The position numbers were made by a program, and so were the translations under genes. Below are positions 53,801-64,000 of a DNA stretch of 64,000 bases, piece after piece. Within the stretch, counting starts at the first letter, position 1. The number at the start of each line of letters is the position of its first letter. The DNA is from Trichoplax adhaerens (taxonomy: Eukaryota; Animalia; Placozoa). Under the pieces are notes generated by a model that worked only from the letters and a program-made list of their open reading frames with translations, did no database searches and was not told the origin of the DNA. Where the stretch lies: the NCBI RefSeq assembly GCF_000150275.1, contig NW_002060943.1:12423533-12487532 (forward strand). Reading direction: 5' to 3'.

Positions 53801-54394
53801 ATCTAGTAGCTAGTTTGCAACCCTAATCAGTATAAATATGTGATATTTGGAGGTTCTTTGCTTTAATATAAGTTCATAGTCACATGGGCCTTTTTCTTGG
53901 TAGCTCTATGGCACACCCATTTATTTATTACATAGTTTAGTCAAGACACTCAAGGGATTGCCTTTGAATGATGATTATAAGCTTAATTCTGTGGCATAAC
54001 AAACTAAGTATTGACTAAGTCAGATCAGAGAACAAGATCATTTCAAGAATCAATTGGTTTTGTTCCTCTGAGCTGTATATTAGTGCAATAAGCACGATCG
54101 AAGGATGGGGCATGTGGATGGCGAGGATTACTTCCATGGCCAAGTTACGGCCGAATTTGAGCAGGCCCTTGACCGAATTGTTGGAACATCCCATCGTTAT
54201 GCTAATTAGCTTTTCATTATTTATAGTTAAGTTTGTCATCAATTAATTATTTACAGTCAGGTAGATCAAGTTTCTTTTACTTACTAACCGGAATCTTACG
54301 GATCGAACGGAATCTGCTCTAGTACTGCATATTACTTTATAGTCAAAATAAAAATCAATTTATTTTTCTACCGGTGTCAATTCAATTCGTTACG

Positions 54395-54582
54395 AAATGT
54401 AGAAAGCAAGTGGGAACAAGGTGAGAATTGAGTACATTGTATTCGAGGAGAAAGACTTCTCACCATTCGAAAACATTTAGAGGGAAGAGAAAAATGTAGC
54501 CCAATTTTTTTTAAATGTAGAAAGTATATCGGAATAAGGCGAGAATTGAGTACGTTGTGTTCGAGGAGAAAGACTTCTCAAC
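54395..54582. repeat. Short direct duplication (~70 bp x2, 118 bp apart)
   Basis: AAATGTAGAAAG...GAGAATTGAGTAC.TTGT.TTCGAGGAGAAAGACTTCTCA occurs twice. Confidence 0.8.
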
Positions 54583-56838
54583 TCTCAAAGGAAATAAGAC
54601 TACTTAAGGACGCTATAGCTATTTTTGCAACGATAATAAAATTTTTTGCCGACTTTAGGAGAAATACTTTTATCAAAGTGTATGATGTGAACTTGATAGT
54701 TTTAACCTAATAACTATTTCTCTTGTTATTCAATTGATTTAACCGAGCTCTATACATTGCCTATGTCTAAAATTCAACGGCATGGACGTTAATAATATTT
54801 GCTGAATTAGATACTATGTATGGTAGGTGGACTGATGAAGATTTATTAACGATAAGCTTGCTAGCTCAGCTTATAAAGATTACTAAGGCATAATCAATCA
54901 GAATTAATGTTATTAGATATAATAGTTCAATTAAAATTATATTAGAGAAGTATAGGGTTACAATTCTAATATTAGGATGTCATTAATGCCCCCAAAGGAT
55001 ATTTAAGGTTGTATAATTTTAGAGATTTTGGTCGAATATTCCATTTTGAAATACTAAAGAAGGTTAAACTTTTCGATCTCCGTTGATTAGCAATCATTAC
55101 TTGAATACCGCACTTTTTTGGATAGTTTAATGAAGCATTATCAGCTACTCTTAACTTATATTGGTACTTTTATGCTCAAGTTTTACTACAAGTCTGCTAG
55201 TTAGATTATTATTGCTATACTTACGAATCATAGTGGTTAGTTTGGTGTATTGGAACGCATTGCTAGCACGGAGTGTACTATTTTAATAAAGTGAGCAAAA
55301 TTGAGAGAAATAGAATAGATTACGATTCAAATTTATTTGTAGCTGATTGTCATGCCACAATATATTGGTACTTATCGATATATTTATTACAGAAATCGAG
55401 CTATTGCTGTAGCTATAATGAACCCAAAGATAAATTTACAATTCAGTCTAAATTCATATGAAAGAAATACAGTTAAATTAATTAATTGCTACGTAGTAGT
55501 TAAGAGGAATTAATTGTAATTAGAGTCTACTGAGTAGTCTGTAATTTTAAATACCGTTCATCTGCAAGTATATCTAAGCAGATTTCGTGACGGTTACTCG
55601 CCATAAACTACTTGCAAATGAATAATAACAAATATATTAATCTAGTTTTTGGAATGCTTTCTACTGCAGTATTCTTGGAGGACTACAGGTATTAAGGACT
55701 ATGCAAATCAAATATTTTACTTCAATCAGTGAGATAGCGAAGGTACTTAGACTGGAGATACTTACCTTAAATATATAGTGTGAGAGATCTGCAAGTATTA
55801 ACACAATTTAGCAAGATTCGTATGTTAGATAAATCCAAACTCAAGCTCTTCTAGTAATAACTAAAAAGTTTTTCGTTGGCTATTCAACCCTTGTCTCTTA
55901 TGGATAGGCAAGTAATAAACGGAGAAGAAAGAGCCACTAGATAGGCTTTGTATCTAAACCTCTAAATTTATATTAATTTAAATAACTATTGATCTAGGAC
56001 CATTAGGTACTGATCTTTAGCAGTAATCAAGTACTTTTAAAAAACTTGAATAATCTATGACAGTACCCGCATAAATCTTACTGTATATTGTGGGATGTGC
56101 TCCATTTTATTAATAAAATAAAATGATGGTACTGTAAGATCGAGCTGATTTATTAGAGCTAAAATTTACCGATATTTGCAATCGATTTTGGTATTGGTCG
56201 TGTGATAGCGTAGATGGCCAAGTGACTGACGATAGTTGTATCAAGAGAGTCTGTATAGTCTAACATATATAGTATGTTCAAAACCGCTAATACTTCTACC
56301 TAATAAGTAACATGCAATGTTTTGTAACCAAGGGATCGAAGTCAAAGATTGAACTTAAGATAATGTTTTATTAATCGTAAATCAGTTAAAGTGCAGCAGC
56401 TTAAGTTTAAAGAGTAAGAGTAATTATAAAAATTCTAACGCTGTAGTATAGCTGCCATTACATGACGACAAATTCTACAAACGCGTAAATATATAACCAT
56501 GGATACACATATTTTTGATTACTACATTGCAGTCAAAGTAAAATACTAAATCTAAACATGGTATTAAATTGTCATTTTATCACGGGTACTGTACAATCTA
56601 AATTAAATTTGGTCTACTGGATGCTTTAACATGATTAGCCATAAATTATCAAGTATGTATCCATTATTAATAACACGCACAATGTGCGATCCTATTAAGC
56701 TACAATGCCATGGAAAGTAATTATTTTGTCATACATCCACAAGATGGGCGAATTACATTACATTCGCAATTCAGTAGATATCATTAACTGTATCAGCTGC
56801 TACTCTATCATATTTTAAGTTTAGAGTAGATTTACTAT

Positions 56839-58070
56839 TTACTCTTTATCGGATTCCTTTTTACTTTCTGCTTCATTACTGGCGGCTGCTTCGTCGCATA
56901 ACTTCTGGCATGTAGAGTTGCAAACTTGGCCGCACTGAAATTTTTTCAAGCTTTCTTTAAATTCTTCAATTTGATCTTCCTCAACGTTGATATAGTCTTC
57001 ACTTTGACATTCATTACCTTCAGCATCAACGATTGTTGTGACGGTATGTTTCTGATCGCCGATAGTTTGTGTAATGACAGTTTTACTCTCACCATTTTTC
57101 TTCTTAAAAGATGACTTGCAATAGGCGTATTTATCTTTACCATTACTTTGAGTTCTACTTTCCGTATGAGATCTTGATGTAACGATATCTTGAGGGTGGT
57201 TAGCCAATGATGAATTATCGTCACTGGTTTGGCAGTATTCCTCAGGGCAGGCTGAACAATCGTCCGATGTTGCTTCTCCAAATATATCGGCAAAGGTATA
57301 CCATGGCCTGTCATTCAGCAATGAAAACCATGGGGCAATAACTTTCTTAGCGGTGGATTTTTTGCTTTTATCAGTTTTACTAGTATTCTCTCTCGATGAT
57401 GGTTTGCTTAAATTTGGCTCTTTGACTGTCTCATCCTCTTTCTTGGATGCGGATTGCGATTGGCTCGACTTTTCCGTATTGCAACATTCCTTGGAAGCTG
57501 CATCCTTACAAGCTTTATTACACTGTTTTGGAGCGGATCGTTGTCTTTCGGCAGGTATCAATCCGACAATTTTGTATTGATAAGGATGGTAATAATTACA
57601 GAACAGATCATCATAGACATCAAACCATGGATTAGTAGAAGCCAGTGGAAGAGGGGAGTAACGGCTGCTTGAATAGCTAAAATAAAAATGCAGGAAATAA
57701 GATTAATACATGTACGCAAAATACTCACTGTGATGATTATAAATTATGATTTCAACGTAATACTGAAGCTCGTCAATACTGAGTGCGTTCAAATCGATAC
57801 ATGTCTTTCTATTCGATAATCTGCTTTTCTTGAATCAAGACTGAGATTTGGTTACTACTTTGATTGCTAATGCATACTTTAAGTCGATTTTGCTAACCGT
57901 TGCTACAGTATAATGATTGGCAACGATCACTGCAATTTTTTTATTACTGTTGCAAAGTGTAGTCTTTGCTCCACGGCATGTAGACCAACTTTTATAAAGT
58001 GCAAATGGATTACTTACCAGTATGGTGATTGATAGTAGCTATTTCTTGGGTAAACGATAGTATATGCCAT
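56839..58070 (-). CDS. HAX1/MLF-like protein, Cys-rich paralog; exons 58070-58018 and 57676-56839
   Basis: MAYTIVYPRNSYYQSPY|C splices in phase into the 56839-57561 ORF. The C-terminal KTVITQTIGDQKHTVTTIVDAEGNECQSEDYINVEEDQIEEF resembles invertebrate HAX1/MLF C-terminal domains (from memory, not searched). The gene model is strongly supported by its paralog. Confidence 0.7.
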
Positions 58071-58554
58071 TTTGAATGAACTAATCGTTAATTATCCTGT
58101 GAATTGGAGCTTGGTGTATGTCTTTGCAGTGTTTGAAAACGTTTGCCAAATGGATTTCTGAATCCGATCGATCAGGATTGCTAGTATTTATAGGCTTTGA
58201 AACTGCAATCCAGTCGTTTCTAGAATATACAATTGGCGAGATTAGCGTGAGTAATGCCATTGCTTCCATACTTATCATAGATGATGAAGCTAATTTGCTT
58301 ATATACGGGCCAGAATTGGCGTAATTAGCATGAGTAAAGCCGATTGCTTCCATATTTATCCTTGATGATGGAGCTGATTTGTTTATATATACAGTAGATA
58401 TAGGCAGAAGCTTCCAGTCAATTCTGGAGGATTCGTTCGGTAGACGCCCCTTTTGGTTTTGTAGTGTAACTAGATAGGGTGACATCTATTTTGCTTAAAG
58501 CGTCTGATAGTAAGGTAAGGTTTAGAGAGTAGATTGCAGTAAAACACCATAGAG

Positions 58555-58885
58555 TGCTTGGCGTCACTGGCCCACAATATCGAGTAAATTCGTTTGAAGA
58601 ATCAAATTGACGTCACCGCATGACATGTGGTCCGTCACGTCCGTGCCGTGTACAGATGAATCTGTATGCTGTATTAGGACCGTATAGGATTACTATAGAA
58701 CTCCTATGACATACAGTATTGTCATATGACTGCTCATACTGTAAATAGTCTTCTGCTCTCAGTATACTGTAAATACTGTTACTCAACTGCAGAACAAGAA
58801 TTGCAACTATCGGCCGGCCGGCTTCTGGTCGCTCGAATGGCCGAGAATGATCTGGAATGGAAAATGGATAATGTATAAGTAGGGC
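58555..58885. promoter_or_regulatory. Bidirectional promoter with CRE, heat-shock-element-like GAA array and TATA-like box
   Basis: TGACGTCA at 58608-58615; GAA at 58835, 58845 and 58855 (10-bp spacing); TATAAG at 58874; TACAGTA/TACTGTA cluster at 58711-58780. Confidence 0.5.
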
Positions 58886-59014
58886 CAGCTTTGGCCCATT
58901 TGAGTCAGATTTATTTCATAATCATTCCGCTGACCTAAGCGATCCAAAGTTTAAGCTAGTTTGCTATTTTCTGGTTGTCTCGTTTATTACAGCTTACGCT
59001 TGCAATTCTCAGCA

Positions 59015-60234
59015 ATGGCTTTCACATTCTATTATCCAGTAGAATCTGCTTTCGATAGAAGAAATGCCTACTATCAATCACCGTGGTGGTAAGTTGATAG
59101 AATGCTAATAAGACCTTTGATGGATGCTTCTGCTATAGAAATAGGCATCAGTCTAGTTGTTGCACTTATTCTCAATAAGTATCGATATGATTCATCGATA
59201 AAGAATCTGTAGTTGTAGATATGTGGCTAGAAAATATTGTGGTGTTATTATGAGCTATCTTCTCGTTTACAATCGGATGACGTAATTAAGAAGCATAAAT
59301 GGATTTATGCTTATTTCTATCATTTTATAGGGGTTCAGTAAGCCACAATTCTCCTCTTGCACTCGCTTCCGATCTATGGTCGAGTCCTTATGATGATTTC
59401 TTCGATAGCGTTCATCGCCCTTATCAATACAGGATTGTTAGGCGCAAGTTAACTCCCGTCAAGCGACAACAATCCGATCCTGAACAATATGCTGAAGATG
59501 CGGAAGAATCCGCTGCTGATGATGAGAAATCGGGTCATAAAGAAGGGTCTAGCCCTTCGAAGGAAACATCAAACAAAGGGGAAAAAAACGCAAAAAAATC
59601 GCAACCAGCTACAAGTCAAGATGACCAACAAACCAAAAAGGCACGCTTCGAGGAAAGATTGCCATCGTCTAAGAAGAATGCTGGTAAAAAAAGTAGAAAT
59701 AAAAAATCGACAATCGCTAGTAACTATCGTGGGTTGGGACCTTGGTTACCAACGCTTGTGAGTAGACCATGGCACAACATTGCTGATGTACTTGAAGATA
59801 TGACCCCAGACAATATCTTTGGTTGGCATCATCAAAACGGTGAAAGCGATAACGAAAGTTCGTCATCGGATAGCAATGCACAAGATGTTGTAACATCTAG
59901 ATCCCATATAGAAAGTAGAACTCAAAAGAATGGTCAAGATAATTACACCTATTATAAATCCTCTTTTAAGAAACAAAATGGTGAGAGTAAAACAGTGATT
60001 ACCCAAAGTATCGGCGATCAGAAACATACTCTCGCAACAATCGTTGATGCTGAAGGTAACGAACGTCGAAGTGAAGACTATGTCAACGTTGAAGAAGATA
60101 AAATTGAAGAATTTAAAGAAAGTTTGAAAAGATTACAGAGTGGTGGATTGAGCGACGCTGCACCTAAAAAGCTTTGCAATGAACCCGCCAACAGCGATGA
60201 GGCAGAAAGTAGAAACGAATCTGTTCAACAGTAA
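59015..60234 (+). CDS. HAX1/MLF-like protein, Cys-poor paralog; exons 59015-59088 and 59331-60234
   Basis: MAFTFYYP..NAYYQSPW|W-GSV splices in phase, with the same phase-2 intron position as the minus-strand paralog. Shares the SPL.LAS, PYQY.IV, RPW...AD and C-terminal QD.VTSRSH.ESRTQ..EEFKESLK blocks. Confidence 0.7.
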
Positions 60235-60909
60235 TTAACAGTGACCTTGTTTTAAACGTAATGTGTCGCGTAGTAAAATTCTATATTCCTTATTTTTTGT
60301 ACTTGGCAATGACCAAGTGATTGTCAGTAACATTTTATTAGCATATTATGTTATTTATACGGCAGCAGCATACTTACTATATGCTCTTAGTGATAGTAAG
60401 TTAGATAGCTTCGTTTATCCTTCTATCATAATGAGGACATTTGTGCTTTGTGCTATGTATTCGTGAATGGGTTCGTCCTGATAGTTTAGTAATATCCCGA
60501 ATAATAACACCAAATGCACTAACGATATCCAATCATGTAGAACAAGTTGCCATATGATGTCAATGCGACCTCTATATTAGTATTTGCTGTTCATTTATTA
60601 TTTGTTTACGTATTCTTGTGTGGATATAAAAAAAATAAAGAAATCTTTTATTTGAGCTACAATTGCAAAGCGCAATGATTGCTTCAGTAAGTTTAGACTC
60701 TTGTTTTGCTAGCTGATGGGGATTTAAGCGGGTAAATTACTATTATTTACAACTCATTTATGTTCAAAGTTACTATGACGATAAAATTTTATATTTCGGC
60801 GACGAGTCACGTCAAAATGATTTGACTGCAATCACAAGACTCGTCGTCGGTCGCTGGGTTTTCATCGCTCATGTGAACGTACCATAATTGGGTATAAATG
60901 TATACTTGG

Positions 60910-62110
60910 AATATTCTTTTCCTAACAATTTATTTTATTCTGCTGTATAGCAGTATTTAGCTGTTTATATTTGCATCTGTTGTATGAAATACTTAATCCT
61001 TAATTGTGTCCCATAAGTCTTAAATTAATGAAGCGCTAGTAATCCATCGATGTCGCTTTTAGATAAGTATTCGTCAGTGAGATTGATACAATCCTATCCA
61101 TCAAAACTGTGCCATGAAATTAGCGTCGTTGCTATACCATTGGACAAGACGATAATCCTCTGGCAATTATACCTATGATAAACGAATTCTCGACGACAAC
61201 TGCAATGACATCTAAGGATCATTGATCTAAGTGATGGCGATGTTCTGTAGAATTCATGAACTAATCTCATCAAGAAATTTTAAGTTAATTTTGAGTGCAT
61301 GTATTTACACTATACCAGGTAGTATTGTATTTATGTTAGGAAGCGTATATATTAAGATAATGTAGATATGAAATTTCTTTATATGTATCGCTTTGTGCAG
61401 ATTATGTTCCCATTCATTTAAAAGGGTAGTTAACTAGTATTTACAACTGATTCATGTTCAACGTTTCTATAACAGCAGATGGGTATAAATACGTATAAAT
61501 GTATACTTAGTGTTATGTATGTAAGAATACAGTAACCTGTTGTCCTGCATCTAAAGTGTTAGCATAAAATAAGGTAATAAATTACTAAGTTAAGGGTATA
61601 ATACATCATTATGGTTATGCTATTTAAATGCAGTAAATCCTAAATAAAAGAGACTTGTAGTAAGCTTACTAGGAGGAGTGTATCAAAGTCTCTCGTGCTA
61701 ACGTTAACGACTAAGAGTGGAAGCGCAACGCTTAGAATATACTTTTCCCTGTAATTTATTGATTTTATTCTGCTATATGGCAGTACGCAACTGTTTACAC
61801 TTACATGTGGTGTATGAAATACTTAATCCATAACTGTGTCCCATAAATCTTAAATTAATGGACTACTAGTAATCCATAGATATCGCTTTTAGACAAGTAT
61901 TAGTCAGTGAGATTGATGCAATCCTTCCCACCAAAACTGTGTCATGAAACTAGCATCATTGCTATACCCTTGGAAAAGACAGTAATCCGGAAAATTATTC
62001 CTATCATAGACGAATTCTCCTAGATAACTGGAAGTGACATCTTAAGGTCATTGATCTATTTGATGGTAATGTTTTGTAGAATGAATGAACTAATTTCATG
62101 GAGAAATTCC
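60910..62110. repeat. Dispersed direct duplication (~370 bp) at ~60910-61280 and ~61740-62110
   Basis: Colinear blocks TTTTATTCTGCT, TATGAAATACTTAATCC, GTGTCCCATAA, GTCAGTGAGATTGAT, CAAAACTGTG and TCATTGATCTA. Confidence 0.85.
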
Positions 62111-62535
62111 ATACTAATTACTTATTCTACAAACGCTTATGATAAACGAATCCTTCAAGACAACTAAGAATGACGTTTTAATATCACTGATCCAGTTCGT
62201 GGTACTGTTCTAGAGAATGAATGAAGTAATTTCATGAAGAAATTCCATACTAATTACTTATTCTATAAACGCTTATGATAAGCGAATCCTTCAAGACAAC
62301 TGAGAATGACATTTTAATATCATGGATGCAGTTCGTGGTGCTGTTCTAGAGAATGAATAAATTGATTTCATAAAGAAATTCCATACTAATTACTTATTCT
62401 ACAAACGCTTACGATAAACAAATCCTTCAAGGCAACTAAGAATGACATTTTAATATCATGGATGCAGTTCGTGGTGCTGTTCTAGAGAATGAAGGAAATA
62501 ATTTCATGAAGAAATTCTAACTAATTTACTTATTG
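62103..62535. repeat. 136-bp tandem repeat, three full units
   Basis: GAAATTC(C/T)A unit starts at 62103, 62239, 62375 and 62511. The unit derives from the 3' part of the upstream duplication. Confidence 0.92.
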
Positions 62536-64000
62536 TACGAACGCTCAGCCTGCAGATTTTGCCATCAAAATTGAGCCTCAAAATTCCAGACTGTAGAATA
62601 GTAGCGATATCATTCACTAGTGTTGAGATAGAGCTTTAGTAGATCATATCGTCTCCCTCTTTCGAATACAACGTATCGCAGGTAATGATGACAAGCTGTA
62701 AGTCTTGTGCGATGGGCTTGCAGTCAATTTAGCCAAAGGTAAAAATAAACTGATTTTAGACTTCCCAAGCGTCATATTTCAGCGGATGATTTATTGCAGC
62801 TACTGGGTATTAGTGTACCAGTGTCTCTATTTACAATTCAACTGGATGGGAAATCAGTTATAACCTTATACTGCTGCAGGCTGTAAGGAACTTTAGAGAC
62901 ATATAACATGGGAGATAGGGTTCGTCTTATTGAATATTATTTACTGGGTTTCCTTCTGGCAAATCATGAAGCAAATCAGAAGGAAATCGAAGTGATGCCG
63001 CGAGCAAGTAGAAACCAAGGTAACCACAACAGATCAAATTAAACGAATGCGAATCGTTGTAAATGTGATTAATAATTGTGACATGGAAGAAATGTTGATT
63101 TCTTGACGATCATCAGATAAAGTAGTTTGTGTACTGCATACGTTGAAATACTTGTAGACTGTACTAAAGGTAGAGAGGATTGATATATCTGTTTTCAATC
63201 TTGTGAATGTGGCTGCAGCCATAGCTCATGTTGCAAGCGCAAGCGATGACTGATCACATAATAACGTGATAGCAGCTACAACGCATTTATACTGATGAAA
63301 TTGCCATAGTATAACCTCAGTCTCGCTTTAAGATCATTAATGATATACGTTCTCGATTTATTGTTGTTATTCTTGCATTAACGTTGCTTAGCATGCTGCA
63401 GAAATTGAGTGATGGTGACTTTATCGGCGTGATAGATTTGGATAATCAGCCAATATACTAGGAGAAGATATAAGCAATGTCTTATTCTTGAAAGACAGTA
63501 ATGACGTCAATTCTTGATCACTTGTTTAATGCACTGTACTCGTAGTATGACAGCTTTTTTCTGTCATTTCGATTTCTTTAGCTACGGCACAAGATCTCAT
63601 CCAAGATAAAGTATCCTCCTATTTATCGTCAACTGTAGATGAAGATCAGTCGAATGATAGGTAATATCATATCGTAGACATTCACTCAACGATATCTTAT
63701 TAGCTTTACCTGATTGCGTTTTAATTTCTCGGTTTGTCACAACCGAGATTGTAACACAAGAATTAAACGGGATTCTTTCCTCTAAAGTAGACTTAACTAT
63801 CTAAGCAACTAACTCTAAGCACTCTTTAATCAACCAAACTTAGATTCGAGTCTTAGACGATAGATTACTCACGTTAAGGATCAAAACTTTATTCTAGAAG
63901 CTATTTTATTAAAATGTCCGATTGAACGCACAACTTACAATTACGACTAGCAACTGATAACCATCTGTCATCGACTAACGTAACTAACTCTCAATAAGAA

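Noticed and set aside
54090-54210. GC-elevated segment, possible small exon
   Set aside because: No recognisable product or consistent splice partners.
58081-58485. 134-aa ORF and overlapping 68-aa ORF between the paralogs
   Set aside because: No recognisable motif; lies in the promoter/5' UTR region and stops before the true ATG at 58070.
59299-59330. ORF start MDLCLFLSFYR
   Set aside because: Intronic; paralog comparison supports the upstream exon 59015-59088.

Overview
AT-rich eukaryotic genomic DNA with short GT-AG introns, most consistent with an early-branching animal. A placozoan (Trichoplax-like) source is my inference from base composition, intron size and gene content, and is not proven. 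There are no prokaryotic operons or CRISPR arrays. Supported genes are: an intronless class A GPCR (11043-12209 +); a 4-exon peroxisomal enoyl-CoA isomerase ending in -SKL (17772-19238 -); a 10-exon secreted RNase T2 (22913-25622 -); a convergent pair of 5S rRNA genes differing by one compensatory base pair; a multi-exon two-RRM protein carrying a KRKRSRWD UHM-ligand motif (28180-31400 -); a C2H2 zinc-finger factor with a ZEB/Zfh-like finger cluster (48583-50841 +); and a head-to-head pair of HAX1/MLF-like paralogs (56839-60234), one Cys-rich, sharing a promoter with HSE- and CRE-like elements. Intergenic DNA holds several tandem-repeat arrays, a candidate spliced lncRNA built from repeated GC-rich modules (about 33.6-36.4 kb), and several hairpin-dense islands. 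All exon models were assembled by eye. Most short ORFs in the supplied track are spurious or are exon fragments.
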